Assembly (NCBI GenBank): GCA_965223265.1
Contig: OZ244999.1
Span: 3,360,001 to 3,424,000 of the forward strand
Length of the DNA: 64,000 nt
From: Planctomycetota bacterium
Lineage (GTDB): Bacteria; Planctomycetota; UBA8108; SXIK01
Reading direction: 5' to 3'
Numbering within the stretch: position 1 is the first letter of the stretch; each line of letters begins with the position of its first letter. Shown piece by piece: positions 51,835 to 62,629 of the stretch. The notes under the pieces were generated by a model. It was not told the origin of the DNA. It searched no databases and was given only the letters and a program-made list of their open reading frames with translations. The position numbers were made by a program, and so were the translations under genes.

Positions 51835-53223
51835 CTACCGCAGCTCGAGCTGTGACGGAGGCGGTACAAAACTCCCGGCATGCGCGTTCTTGAGTTCCTC
51901 AATCGCAGCGACGATGTCGGGGTGATGCGCGGCGACGTCGTCGGTTTCGCTGGGGTCGGTCTCGAGGTTGTACAGCAGTGGTGGGTCTTGCGTCTTTGCA
52001 GGTTCACCGCCATAGCTCGACTTGGTGATAAAGTGGGCTTTGAAAGGCCCCTTGCGGACGGCAAAGATTTGGCGACCGCGGTAGAAGAACATGTGATCTC
52101 GGGGACTCTCGCTCGAACCCTCCAGAAGTTTCGACAGGTCGAAGCCGTCGAGCACGCGATCTGCTGGCGGCGGCGCGCCGGCAAGGGCGAGAAACGTCGG
52201 CAGGAGATCAAGCGTCGAGGCCATGCCCGGTTGTACCGAGGCGGCCGGGACACGACCTGGCCACCATGCGATCGTCGGCTCCCGCATGCCGCCTTCCCAT
52301 GTTGAACCTTTGCCGTCACGCAGCAGTCCTGCCGAGCCGCCCTGGCGCCCAAACGTCAACCACGGTCCGTTGTCGCTCGTGAAGACAACCAGCGTGCGGC
52401 GATCAAGGCCCTCGCGGCGCAGCGTTTCGAGGACCTGGCCGACCGACCAGTCGATTTCCTCAATGACGTCGCCGTAGAGTCCGCGCAAACTTTGGCCTCG
52501 AAACTCCGTCGATCGAAACAGAGGCACGTGAGGCATGGAGTGCGCGAGATAGAGAAAGAAGGGCTCGTCTTTGTTTTTCTTGATGAACTCGACGGCTTCT
52601 TCTGTGTAGCGGCGCGTGAGAAGAGGTTGATCGGCGGGTCGCTCCACCACTTTCTCACCTCGCATGAGAGGCACGTTCCAGTATTCGACCTTTGGCTTGT
52701 GAAACGCCTCGCGACCGCGTGGGGCGGAGCTGACTCGATCCATGTCGTTCGAATACGGAATGCCGAAGTACTCGTCGAATCCGTGGCGCGTCGGCAGGAA
52801 CTCCGGGAGATGGCCAAGGTGCCACTTGCCCACGCATGCGGTGCGGTAGCCCTTGGCCTTCAGCGCTTCCGCGATCGTGACTTCGTCTGCCTGAATCCCG
52901 CCCTTCGAGTCGGGGAACAGCACGCGGCGGCGATCGCTGGACATGCCGTTGCGAATCGGCAGCCGGCCGGTGAGCAGTGCCGCCCGGCTGGGCGTGCAGA
53001 CGCAGGCGGCAGAGTAGAACTGTGTCAGCTTCATCCCTTCGCGCGCCATGCGGTCGAGCTGCGGCGTGCGGATCGTTGGATGGCCGTAGCAGCCGAGGTC
53101 GCCGTAGCCCAAATCGTCACAAAAGATCACGACGAAATTGGGCGAGGTTTTATCCGGCGCAGCTCTCACCGGCGCGCTGCCGGCGATGATGACGAAGATG
53201 ATGAAGCAAAGTGCTGAGCTCAT
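51835..53223 (-). CDS. Arylsulfatase (S1 family)
   Basis: PNFVVIFCDDLGYGD, CTPSRAALLTG, GKWHLG, SDNG; start uncertain (ORF to 53319). Confidence 0.93.
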   Translation of the reverse strand: MSSALCFIIFVIIAGSAPVRAAPDKTSPNFVVIFCDDLGYGDLGCYGHPTIRTPQLDRMAREGMKLTQFYSAACVCTPSRAALLTGRLPIRNGMSSDRRRVLFPDSKGGIQADEVTIAEALKAKGYRTACVGKWHLGHLPEFLPTRHGFDEYFGIPYSNDMDRVSSAPRGREAFHKPKVEYWNVPLMRGEKVVERPADQPLLTRRYTEEAVEFIKKNKDEPFFLYLAHSMPHVPLFRSTEFRGQSLRGLYGDVIEEIDWSVGQVLETLRREGLDRRTLVVFTSDNGPWLTFGRQGGSAGLLRDGKGSTWEGGMREPTIAWWPGRVPAASVQPGMASTLDLLPTFLALAGAPPPADRVLDGFDLSKLLEGSSESPRDHMFFYRGRQIFAVRKGPFKAHFITKSSYGGEPAKTQDPPLLYNLETDPSETDDVAAHHPDIVAAIEELKNAHAGSFVPPPSQLELR

Positions 53224-53389
53224 CGCTTTGGCGGGCGTGATCTCGACAACGCATCTCGATAGGCGTCGAACTGCTTTCATTGATTTCTCCACGATTGCGG
53301 ACAAGGCAGCGGGGCGCATGTAGTAGCAACGTGTACGTAGGGTGCGACAAGACGCTACGCGCTAAGAGCCTCCTCGCAGTCGACGGCCC

Positions 53390-54793
53390 CTACACGAGCT
53401 CCTGGATCACCGGTCGGTTGTCTACGAGGTAGTGAGGGCGACCGTCACTGTCCACGAGCGTCGTATTGTTCGCGTCGATTCCGAGCGTGCGGTAGAGCGT
53501 CGCGAAGACTTCGCGGTAATGCACCGGTCGATCCTGTGCGCTGTCACCGAGCCGCGTCGTCGAACCGATCACTTGTCCCATCTTCATGCCGCCGCCAGCG
53601 AGCAGACACGAGGCAACCTGCGGCCAGTGATCACGTCCTCGGCCGCTGTTGATCTTTGGTGTGCGGCCGAACTCTCCCCAGACGACGACGGCGACCTCGT
53701 CGAGGAGTCCCTGCTCCTCGAGGTCCGTCACGAGTGCGTAGACGCCTTGGTCGAGCAAGGGCAACGTCGCGCGGGCTTTGTTGAAGTTGTCGCTGTGCCA
53801 GTCCCAGTTGTATCCGCCTCGGCTCTCGCGATCGAGCGGCCAACGGCTAAAGTTGAGCGTGACACAGCGCACACCGGCCTGCACGAGGCGGCGCGCTACG
53901 AGGAACTGCTCGAGCAGCTTGGCGCTGCCTTTTTCTGCTTTGCCCCCTTCGATCAGATAACGTCGTCGAAGGCTTTCACTTTCGGTGGAGATGTCGAACG
54001 CGCGTGCGAGTGCGCCCGAGCTGAGGATACCGAGCGCTTGACGAGTGAAGCTGTCAACGCCATGCATCTGCCCACGAGCGTCGACTTCACTGTGGAGGCG
54101 ATCGAGACTTGCGCGCAAACGACGGCGATCGCTCAACCGGTCGAGGGTCACGCCGCTCAATTGCATATCGGCGTGGGAACTCCCGCGCGGCTCAAAGCCC
54201 GCGTGGGCAGCGCCGAGGTAGCCGGGTTGCCCGATCGACGCGCGCGTCATCGACAGATCCCGTTTGGTGCCAAGACTGATGAACGGTGGCACACCGGGGC
54301 TCTTGGGTCCCATGATTCTCGAAATAACCGAGCCGATCGACGGCCACCCACCCTTGGGATAGCCAGGAATCCGGGGCGAATCGTCTTGCTGTGGATGCGT
54401 CTCCCAGCCGGTGATGCACTGGTGGACGTTGTGATCGTCGAGAGCCCCGACGAGCGAGCGAATCACAGCCAACCGGTCCATGATCGACGCGACTCTGGGC
54501 ATCAGCTCGCAGATCCTGATCCCCATCACGTTCGTTGGGATCGACCGAAACTCGCCGCGAATCTCGGTGGGGGCGTCCTCTTTGATGTCATACGTGTCTT
54601 GGTGCGGAGGGCCGCCGGGAAGAACGACCATGATGATGGCGCGGCGTGACGCTTCGATCCCCGCGACCGCCTCGGCGCGCAGGATCTCTGGCAGCGTCAG
54701 CCCACCGCCGAACGCCAAGCCTCCGACCTGGAGGAAGCTACGTCGGGTGAGCCCGTCGCAGTAGACGGATCCCGGTCCTAAGATTTTTAGCAT
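53390..54793 (-). CDS. DUF1501 domain protein
   Basis: TRRSFLQVG, GGPPHQDTYD, WDWH, GEFGRTPKIN, GRDHW. Confidence 0.92.
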   Translation of the reverse strand: MLKILGPGSVYCDGLTRRSFLQVGGLAFGGGLTLPEILRAEAVAGIEASRRAIIMVVLPGGPPHQDTYDIKEDAPTEIRGEFRSIPTNVMGIRICELMPRVASIMDRLAVIRSLVGALDDHNVHQCITGWETHPQQDDSPRIPGYPKGGWPSIGSVISRIMGPKSPGVPPFISLGTKRDLSMTRASIGQPGYLGAAHAGFEPRGSSHADMQLSGVTLDRLSDRRRLRASLDRLHSEVDARGQMHGVDSFTRQALGILSSGALARAFDISTESESLRRRYLIEGGKAEKGSAKLLEQFLVARRLVQAGVRCVTLNFSRWPLDRESRGGYNWDWHSDNFNKARATLPLLDQGVYALVTDLEEQGLLDEVAVVVWGEFGRTPKINSGRGRDHWPQVASCLLAGGGMKMGQVIGSTTRLGDSAQDRPVHYREVFATLYRTLGIDANNTTLVDSDGRPHYLVDNRPVIQELV

Positions 54794-55064
54794 CGGTCTC
54801 GCACCTTGACCAAACGATGCGCCCATTCGCGCATCTCCATGACCACGTCCAAGTTAGTGAAGAGAGGCGGCAGGTTCAAGTCTCTTGCTGGCCCGAGGGC
54901 GCCGAGAACGCGGAGTTTTCCGGCGCCTCCCATCCCTTGGGAGCAGCGGTAGAAGTTATTTGCCGCCGCGGCGAGCCCGAAGGAGCGGTACTGCGCCGCG
55001 GGACGATCAGGCGGGCGTAGCGCGCGGCGGAGATTCAACCCCGAACCACGTCGTCAGCAGGCGA

Positions 55065-56378
55065 CTAACCGAGCGTCGGTAGTGACCATGGCGTGCGGTA
55101 CTCCTTAGTTAGGAGCGCCTGGGCCTCTGGGTCGCCTTCGATCTGCTCGGTGTCAGGATTGAATTTGAGCACCCGTCCGACCCGATAACCGACTTCACCG
55201 AGGTGAATCACTCCACACGTCAGGTGCGCTTCGTCGGCGTCTGCGATCGGGCTCTTGCGTGAGCGCACGCTCGCCAAGAAGTCCTGCATATGGTATCGAG
55301 CCCGCGCGCTGGTCTGCTTCATGCCAGGCCCTTTTTCTTCTTTTCGTCCGAGGTAGACCTGAAAATAGCCTCGGCGTGAAAAGATCATGTAACCCTTGGT
55401 GCCGTAGAAAGCGTTGCCGCTGTCGAAACCATGAAGGCCGTACGGCGTGAACATGCGATCCTCGTAGAGGAGCACGCGCCCATCGGCGTACTCGTAGGCG
55501 ACCGACATGTTGTCCGGGTACTCGGTCAGGCCTCCAGCTGCAGCGCGACTGCCGTGCGACGTGATGCGAACGGGGTGTGTGCTGACGCCAAGCAGCCAGC
55601 GACCGATGTCGATGTCGTGAGCGCCGTCGTCGCCGATGTCGCCGTTACCGTAATCGCGGAATTGACGCCACGTGCGGTGGAAGCGGTTCTCGTTGAACGG
55701 TCGTTTGGGGGCAGGTCCGAGCCACAGATCGTAATCGACACCAGGAGGCGGCGCCGAGTCCGGTTTCGGCTCGAGGTGTCGGCGTTTTTGCACGTTCCAA
55801 GCCTTCGCCATCCTGACCTCGCCGAGGATGCCCGAGGCGATGACTTCTCGCGCCTTGGTCGTGAACTCCGCTGAGCGGGTCTGCGTTCCGTGCTGAACGA
55901 TACGGCCCAGACGCCGCGCCGCGTCGGCCAGAGCACGACCTTCTGAAAAGACGTGGCTGGCCGGCTTCTCGACATAAGCATCCTTGCCACCGCGAAGCAG
56001 CTGTAGAGCCATGGGGACGTGCCAGTGATGCGGCGTGGCGACCACCGTAGCGTCGACGTCGCGCGCGTCGGCTACGTGACGAAAGTCCTTGACGAGCTTC
56101 GGTTCCCCGCCACCCGCCTCTTTGACGGCGTCTGCGCCGCGCGTCCTCACCTGCGGGTCGACGTCGCAGAGCATCGTGATGCGCGCCTGAGACTTCAGTT
56201 CGAGCAACCGCCGCACGTGCCCGAACCCCATGCCGTTGAAACCGACGACAGCCATGGGGATCTGTTCATTGGGAGACCCAAAGGCAACGCGCACCTGAGG
56301 CGCGGCGAAGGCACCCGCGGCAGCAGCGCCGGCGGCGGCCCGACCGAGAAAACGACGTCGAGTGACTTTCTTCATCAT
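55065..56378 (-). CDS. Gfo/Idh/MocA family oxidoreductase, Tat-exported
   Basis: TRRRFLG signal, ATPHHWH, YVEKP, DLWLGPAP. Confidence 0.92.
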   Translation of the reverse strand: MMKKVTRRRFLGRAAAGAAAAGAFAAPQVRVAFGSPNEQIPMAVVGFNGMGFGHVRRLLELKSQARITMLCDVDPQVRTRGADAVKEAGGGEPKLVKDFRHVADARDVDATVVATPHHWHVPMALQLLRGGKDAYVEKPASHVFSEGRALADAARRLGRIVQHGTQTRSAEFTTKAREVIASGILGEVRMAKAWNVQKRRHLEPKPDSAPPPGVDYDLWLGPAPKRPFNENRFHRTWRQFRDYGNGDIGDDGAHDIDIGRWLLGVSTHPVRITSHGSRAAAGGLTEYPDNMSVAYEYADGRVLLYEDRMFTPYGLHGFDSGNAFYGTKGYMIFSRRGYFQVYLGRKEEKGPGMKQTSARARYHMQDFLASVRSRKSPIADADEAHLTCGVIHLGEVGYRVGRVLKFNPDTEQIEGDPEAQALLTKEYRTPWSLPTLG

Positions 56379-56731
56379 GCTGAGACTCCTCTATGAGCAG
56401 TGGAACAGACTCAGTGTAGCGAAAAACGAGCCCAAGAACACGTCCAGTGAGTGTGAGTCTTCAGATGAAGCGCTCGCCAAGTGCGAGAATCAGGAGGACA
56501 ACGCCCAGCGCGGGCACGCCGTATTTCGCGAAACGATAGGCGTTGGTACGGCGGCGATCGATCACAAGTTTCTTTATGCGGCGAGGCGCGCGGTCGAATC
56601 GAGCTGATCGCCGAATCAAAACGGTCCGGGACTGGCTCCGGGGCCATGCCTGACAGTTTCTGTAACTCTCGACGGATGCAGGTCGGATGCGCGACGGCGG
56701 TCGAATCGTGGCGTAACGGTCGAATTAGCAG

Positions 56732-57739
56732 CTAACTCGGGTCCCACTGCGCCCGGCACACCGCTGAGGTCAACACCCCTGGATTGACGACGTGGCGGGG
56801 ACGTTCCTTCCGCAGCACCTGACTCACGTGCTCGGCGGCCCGTTGCGCGAGGTCGGAGATCGCCTGCTCTGAATAGAACGCCGCATGCGGTGTAGCGATC
56901 ACGCGCGGGTGGGTCAACAGTGGATGGTCGGCCGGTGGCGGCTCCGTCGTCAGCACGTCCAAAGCGGCGCCGGCGATTTCGCCGCTCTGGAGCGCATGCA
57001 GGAGCGCATCTTCGTCAACGAGCGCGCCGCGCGATGTATTGATCAAGAGTGCCGATGGTTTCATGCGCCTGAACGCGGCGGCGTCGATCAAATATCGCGT
57101 CGAGTCGTTCAGCGGTGCGTGCAGTGAGACAAAATCGGAGCGCGAAAGGAGTTCGTCCAGCGCCGCGACCGGCTCGGCGTCCGCCAGTGAGGTGCTGCTG
57201 TTGAACCGCGGAGTGTGAGCCAGAACTGTGAGCCCAAGAGCCGTCGCTTTGCGTGCCACCGCGCGGGCGGTGTTGCCAAAACCGACCAGGCCAAGCGTCT
57301 GGCCGCGAAGGCGCTGGACACCTCGTCCAGTGCTCAGATCCCAGACGGACCGTGATGTCGAATGGTCGAACGCGACGATTCGCCGCGCCCACGCAAGGAG
57401 TAGAGCCAGGACATGATCCGAAACCTCGTCGAGGCAAAAGTCGGGGACGTTCGTGACCACAATCCCCAAGCGCGTCGCCGCCTCGACGTCGATGTTGTCC
57501 ACGCCGATTCCGTAGCGACTCACGACCTGAACCTTGGGTGCGGATTCGAGGACGGCGGCACTGACTGACTTCCAGCACGTGAGGATCGCGTCGGATTGTG
57601 GCGCCAGGCGCAGGAGCTCGTCTTCGTCGCCAGAGTCGGCAACAACGAGCTCGACTCCCAGCGGCTTCAGCACGGCACGCTCGATAGCCAGGTTCGGCCA
57701 CGCGTAGTCAGTTACGAGAACGTTCAAATCGGTGTCCAC
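56732..57739 (-). CDS. D-2-hydroxyacid dehydrogenase (CtBP-like)
   Basis: [33 protein letters not shown]; start uncertain. Confidence 0.9.
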   Translation of the reverse strand: MDTDLNVLVTDYAWPNLAIERAVLKPLGVELVVADSGDEDELLRLAPQSDAILTCWKSVSAAVLESAPKVQVVSRYGIGVDNIDVEAATRLGIVVTNVPDFCLDEVSDHVLALLLAWARRIVAFDHSTSRSVWDLSTGRGVQRLRGQTLGLVGFGNTARAVARKATALGLTVLAHTPRFNSSTSLADAEPVAALDELLSRSDFVSLHAPLNDSTRYLIDAAAFRRMKPSALLINTSRGALVDEDALLHALQSGEIAGAALDVLTTEPPPADHPLLTHPRVIATPHAAFYSEQAISDLAQRAAEHVSQVLRKERPRHVVNPGVLTSAVCRAQWDPS

Positions 57740-58079
57740 TCCAATGAATGTATCCGGATCGGCAGCGCAGGTGTCGGGTCTCCCGGTCCGGGTCGATAGC
57801 CGAAGCAACGCCATGCGGCAGCATCGGCGCGGCGTTGAAAACTCGCTGGCTGCGTCGTCGACGCGTAGAGGCGCGGTTTCTTGCTGCCAGCTGGAGACAG
57901 GCTCTTCAGCCGAGGGTTTCGTTCTCCACAGGTCTGTTCTATCCTATCAGCCCGCCCCCAAAAACATTCGGCCTGCCCGTCGAGCTCAGGAGCTTCCGCT
58001 GTCCAAATCGATTCGTGGCATTGCCTGCGAAGCGGCGCTCGGCAAGGGCAAACAACCACTTCTGGAGCGTGACCGCGAT

Positions 58080-60473
58080 ATGAAGATCACCACCTCAACC
58101 GTGTGCGCCTTTGTCGCTCTCTCCATTCAGGTCTGCGTCGGCGTGCTCTGGTGCTCGTCGCTTCAGGCCCGCGACGAACGACCCAACATTCTCTTCATCT
58201 TCACCGACGACCATGCGGCGCACGCCATCAGCGCCTACGGATCACGCATCAACACGACGCCGAACATGGATCGATTGGCGCAGCAAGGAATGCTTTTTCG
58301 GAACTGCTTTGTGACCAATTCAATCTGCGGGCCGAGTCGAGCGGTGATCTTGACGGGAAAGCATAGTCACATCAACGGCTTCATGACCAACGGCGACCGT
58401 TTCGACGGCTCGCAGCAGACGTTTCCAAAGTTGCTACGAAAGGCCGGGTACCAGACGGCGATCTTCGGTAAGTGGCACCTGCGTACCGAACCAACAGGCT
58501 TCGACGCCTGGGAGGTGCTCAGGGGACAGGGGCCGTACTACAACCCGACGCTCCGCACTCCTTCGGGGCCGGTCGAGCACGTCGGCTACACCACGGACAT
58601 CATCACCGACCGAACGCTCGAGTGGTTGAAAAAAGGGAGAGATTCCTCGAAGCCGTTCATGCTCATGAGTCAACACAAAGCGCCGCACCGATCATGGCAG
58701 CCAGGGCCGAAGCATTTGACGCGCTACGATGGCGTCGACATTCCCGAACCGCCGACGCTGTTCGACGACTACAGCGGCCGAGGGCGCGCCGCGAAGCAGC
58801 AAAAGATGACGATTGCCCAGCATCTCACCGAGGGTGATCTGAAGCTCGTCACGCCGAAGAACCTGACAGAGGACCAACGGGAGCAGTGGGACCGCGCCTA
58901 CGGTCCGAAGAACAAGGCGTTTCGCGATGCCAACCTGCAGGGAAAGGAGCTCGTACGCTGGAAGTATCAGCGCTATGTCAAAGACTACCTGCGCTGCGTC
59001 GACTCGGTCGACGACAACATAGGCCGTCTGCTCGAGTACCTCGACGAGAGCGGCCTCGCGGAGAACACCGTCGTCATCTACTCATCCGACCAAGGCTGGT
59101 ACCTCGGCGATCATGGCTGGTACGACAAAAGGTGGATGTACGAGGAGTCGCTGCGCATGCCGTTGATTGTGCGCTGGCCAGGGGTCGTGGCGAGCGGCAG
59201 CGAAAATCGCGATCTCACGTCGAATCTCGATTTCGCTTCGACGTTTCTGGACATCGCCGGCGCCGAGATTCCCGCTGACCTGCAGGGTCGAAGTCTCGTG
59301 CCGCTCCTCAGAGGGGTCGCTCCGATCGAATGGCGCCAGAGTATCTACTATCAGTACTATGAGTACCCGGGCGCCCACAGTGTGCGGCGTCACTACGGCG
59401 TGCGAACCGAAAAGTACAAGCTGATCCACTTCTACAATCTCGGCGAGTGGGAGTTCTACGACCTTGATCGCGATCCGGATGAGCTGCAGAACCGGTACGA
59501 CGACCCAGCATACGCACAAGTGATTTCGACCCATCGAGAGGAGCTGGACCGCCTGCGCGAGCGCTATCAAGTGCCGGTCGACTCGCGATCGATTCTGCAC
59601 AAGTCGAATCGGGTGCGCGTCTTGATCTGGGACGAGCAGCAACCGAGCCAAAAGAAGGCATACCCCAACTACCTGGGCAACCAGATCGCTGCGGAGCTTG
59701 CCAAGAATGAGCTTTTGGACGTCACGTCAGCCCGATTTGCAGATCCGGAATTCGGCCTGACCAATGCGGCCATCGAACGCGCAGATGTCCTCGTTTGGTG
59801 GGGCCATCAAAAACACGGTGATGTCCCCGACGACAAGGCCGCTGCGATCGTCCGCCGCATCGAAAATGGCGAGCTGGCGATGATCACTCTGCACTCGGCG
59901 CATTGGGCGACGCCGTTTCGCATGGCGATGGAGTCGCGGGCTGCACAGGATGCTCTTGCAGCGCTGCCGGCAGAGGAGCGGAGTAAGGCGAGAGTGACGT
60001 TCGTCGGCGAGCGGATTCGCCGGCCTCCTCCTGCCTCGAAGCGGCTGGCGCTCCAGACAGAGTACAGTCGCGGGGCTGACGGTGTGATTGAAGTCTCGAT
60101 CGAAACACCGAACTGCTGCTTTCCTCGCTGTTGCCATCCGGCGGAGCCCTCGACCGTCCGCACACTCCTCCCCGACCATCCGATCGCCGTGGGGATTCCG
60201 GCGAGCTTCGTTCTGCCGGAGACGGAGATGTACGATGAGCCGTTCCATGTTCCGGCGCCGGACGCCGTCATCTTCGAGGAGTTTTGGCAGGACGGCGAGC
60301 ACTTCCGCAGCGGCGCGCTGTGGGATGTCGGCGACGGAAAGGTCTTTTACTTCCGCCCAGGGCATGAGACCTACAAGGTGTTCTTTGAGCCGATGGCACT
60401 TAAGATCGTCGAGAATGCCGCACTTTGGCTCGGCGAGGGTGTTCGAAATCGTCGAGGGCCTCACCGTGGTTAA
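58080..60473 (+). CDS. Sulfatase fused to a C-terminal ThuA-like domain
   Basis: [26 protein letters not shown]; then VLIWDE...VWWGH...LHSAH...EMYDEPF...YFRPGHET. Confidence 0.9.
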   Translation: MKITTSTVCAFVALSIQVCVGVLWCSSLQARDERPNILFIFTDDHAAHAISAYGSRINTTPNMDRLAQQGMLFRNCFVTNSICGPSRAVILTGKHSHINGFMTNGDRFDGSQQTFPKLLRKAGYQTAIFGKWHLRTEPTGFDAWEVLRGQGPYYNPTLRTPSGPVEHVGYTTDIITDRTLEWLKKGRDSSKPFMLMSQHKAPHRSWQPGPKHLTRYDGVDIPEPPTLFDDYSGRGRAAKQQKMTIAQHLTEGDLKLVTPKNLTEDQREQWDRAYGPKNKAFRDANLQGKELVRWKYQRYVKDYLRCVDSVDDNIGRLLEYLDESGLAENTVVIYSSDQGWYLGDHGWYDKRWMYEESLRMPLIVRWPGVVASGSENRDLTSNLDFASTFLDIAGAEIPADLQGRSLVPLLRGVAPIEWRQSIYYQYYEYPGAHSVRRHYGVRTEKYKLIHFYNLGEWEFYDLDRDPDELQNRYDDPAYAQVISTHREELDRLRERYQVPVDSRSILHKSNRVRVLIWDEQQPSQKKAYPNYLGNQIAAELAKNELLDVTSARFADPEFGLTNAAIERADVLVWWGHQKHGDVPDDKAAAIVRRIENGELAMITLHSAHWATPFRMAMESRAAQDALAALPAEERSKARVTFVGERIRRPPPASKRLALQTEYSRGADGVIEVSIETPNCCFPRCCHPAEPSTVRTLLPDHPIAVGIPASFVLPETEMYDEPFHVPAPDAVIFEEFWQDGEHFRSGALWDVGDGKVFYFRPGHETYKVFFEPMALKIVENAALWLGEGVRNRRGPHRG

Positions 60474-60500
60474 GTCGAAACGGCCTCGGAATCCCCGCGA

Positions 60501-60542
60501 AACTCGTCCGGCCAGGCCGGCGCGAAATGGCCAAACTCGAGT
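60501..60542. repeat. Short dispersed intergenic repeat (family 2)
   Basis: 27 bp AACTCGTCCGGCCAGGCCGGCGCGAAA identical to 63843-63869; 17 bp at 60526-60542 is the reverse complement of 63637-63653. Confidence 0.8.
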
Positions 60543-60549
60543 AGCTTAG

Positions 60550-60641
60550 CAGCCTGTTGAAAAAGTGCTTCGAGCTGAAAACTGGTCGCTTCGCGTCCAG
60601 ATCAGCCGCGGCGAACGCAGGTAATCTCCGAGATTTTCGAG
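60550..60641. mobile_element. MITE-like repeat family, copy D (partial)
   Basis: TTAG|CAGCCTGTTGAAAAAGTGCTTCGAG...ACTGGTCGCT...TCTCCGAGATT aligns with the first ~90 bp of copy C. Confidence 0.7.
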
Positions 60642-60987
60642 GCTCGCCAATTGGGTGCGGTGTTAGGTGTCTATTCGGTCCTCACCGGCGATCCTTGATA
60701 TGGTCTCAATATGGGCACTTGCAACGAACCGTTCCTTCGAGGATAACGGAGTGGAGTGCGCCTCGTCGTGAGGCGATGCGTTCGTAGGGTGAATTTCAAG
60801 ACGCGTAAGGGCGGGTTTCGTTGGTGTCTATCGCAGACGCGGTAGTGCCAGAGCGCGGCAGGCAGTCGTTGCACGCGGTTTCGGCGGACCAAACGTGCCC
60901 GAGACGAGTTTCGTTTCGAATGAGTCGGTGCTCGGGTTAGTTCCCGGGTCAGACATTTCCGAAGGGTTGCGTTGCAAGGAGGTGCGC

Positions 60988-62328
60988 ATGCAGCGGTTTA
61001 CCGTTTTCGCTTTGGCGTTTGTCTTGACGGCGGCGTGGGGGACACGAGGGGTGGCGCAGGAAGGAGTCATCTCGGGTTGTATCTTGTGGGATGTCAACTG
61101 TAACGGCGTCTACGACGAAGGCGTCGATCTAGGCATCGAGGGCGTGGAGATCACACTTCTTGACGCAGGTGGCGCTCCAACGGGAATCTCGACGGTTTCC
61201 GCGAACACGACGGCGCCCGGCTTCTACGGGTTTGAGAACTTGGTGCAACAGCCCTACCAGGTCAGTGTCGCCGACATCCCGGGGTTCGAACTCAACGCGG
61301 TGCAGTGTCTGACCCCGTGGCCTGCCTGCGACGACACGACCGAGAACCCGAAGCCGGTCGACATCACAGACCACAACCTCAGAATGAAGCTCAACTTCCT
61401 GTACTGCAGAGAACCGGAACCGCCGGCTTCGCTCTGTTGGATGACCGGTGGTGGTGTCAAGTTCGATTCGATCACCAGAACACACAACGCAGAAATGTCG
61501 ACCTCCAACGGGCCGAAGGACAGCGTTGGCGGCGTGGTTGCGCCTTCTTGCAGCGGCTTCCCGAGCAATGGCGGGCAGTGGAATCACGTCGCCCACGGCC
61601 TCAAGCTCCACCTCACGGGCTTCGACATTGAGGTCGTTCGCTGCGGCAACGTCGACGGCCACCCGCCAGGGACTGATTCACCTGTGTGCGAGGTCAACTT
61701 CATCGAGTGGGTAGGAACCGGGCGGCTCCAAGGCATCGGAGGTAACAAATTCGGTCCGATCGACGTGTCGTTCTTCGGGCGTGTCGAAGACCGCAACGAA
61801 CCGGGTAACGAGCAGAGCGCCAAGTCTGGCGGGGATATTGATCGCTACTTCCTGCGAGTGGTTGACGGTGGCGGCACGGTTCACATCCTCGTCGATGAGG
61901 ACGGTGTCGACGATGGCGCTGTCGATCCGCTGACGATCACCGGCGGCAACTTCCAGATCCACTGCACGAGCTGCGACGACGAAGTCGACGGCGGTGGTGG
62001 TGCGGAGGATCCGCTCGATTGGGTCAGCCCCATCTTGCGTGACGGTCTCGGTGAGGGGATGTACTTCCTCCGCGGGGACTCGAACTCCGACGGCCTCGTC
62101 GACGTGTCGGATGCGATTTTCACACTCGGCGACCTGTTCATGGACACCGGCCGTCCGAGCTGCTTCGACGCTGCCGACACCAATGACGACGGCGTGATCG
62201 ATCTTTCCGATCCGGTCTCGACGCTCGAAGCGCTCTACGTTGGCGCGTTCACGATTCCGGCTCCGTATCCAGAAGCTGGGCCTGACGCGACGCGTACAGA
62301 CAATCTGAACTGCGTCCTCTATCGCTGA
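60988..62328 (+). CDS. Secreted protein: SdrD-B-like domain + Cys-rich beta domain + C-terminal dockerin-like domain
   Basis: AAGGAGG RBS; signal peptide; WDVNCNGVYDEG..GIEGVEITL; CWMTGGG...GGNFQIH; FLRGDSNSDG...DAADTNDDG. Confidence 0.82.
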   Translation: MQRFTVFALAFVLTAAWGTRGVAQEGVISGCILWDVNCNGVYDEGVDLGIEGVEITLLDAGGAPTGISTVSANTTAPGFYGFENLVQQPYQVSVADIPGFELNAVQCLTPWPACDDTTENPKPVDITDHNLRMKLNFLYCREPEPPASLCWMTGGGVKFDSITRTHNAEMSTSNGPKDSVGGVVAPSCSGFPSNGGQWNHVAHGLKLHLTGFDIEVVRCGNVDGHPPGTDSPVCEVNFIEWVGTGRLQGIGGNKFGPIDVSFFGRVEDRNEPGNEQSAKSGGDIDRYFLRVVDGGGTVHILVDEDGVDDGAVDPLTITGGNFQIHCTSCDDEVDGGGGAEDPLDWVSPILRDGLGEGMYFLRGDSNSDGLVDVSDAIFTLGDLFMDTGRPSCFDAADTNDDGVIDLSDPVSTLEALYVGAFTIPAPYPEAGPDATRTDNLNCVLYR

Positions 62329-62384
62329 AGCGACTTGCATGACGCGGCCAACTCGGTCGCTTGCATTTCGCCGATAGGAGGGGT

Positions 62385-62424
62385 GAAGCCCTCGGGTTTT
62401 CGGACCCGGGGGCTTCGTTTTTTT
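62385..62424 (+). terminator. Rho-independent terminator
   Basis: GAAGCCCTCGGGT-loop-ACCCGGGGGCTTC stem followed by G and T7, about 55 bp after the stop at 62328. Confidence 0.85.
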
Positions 62425-62629
62425 GTCGTGGGCCGCCTGGCCCGCGCGCGATGATTTGAACGCAACGGCGATCAATGAGAATCGCGCCTCGAAGGACTCG
62501 AACACGCGGCGCTGCTCGGATAAGCTGCTGTGTTTCGCGCCGTGCAGCGAAAGGCTCTGCGACAAGATCGCCGGTTTCGCTATGTGAGACACGCCGCGTC
62601 CAACTTTAGAGGTCTTCGCGAGATCGCCC

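Noticed and set aside
53432-54649. 405-aa plus-strand ORF
   Set aside because: Antisense shadow of the DUF1501 gene
54860-54900. GGTTCAAGTC resembling a tRNA T-loop
   Set aside because: No T-stem pairing or cloverleaf
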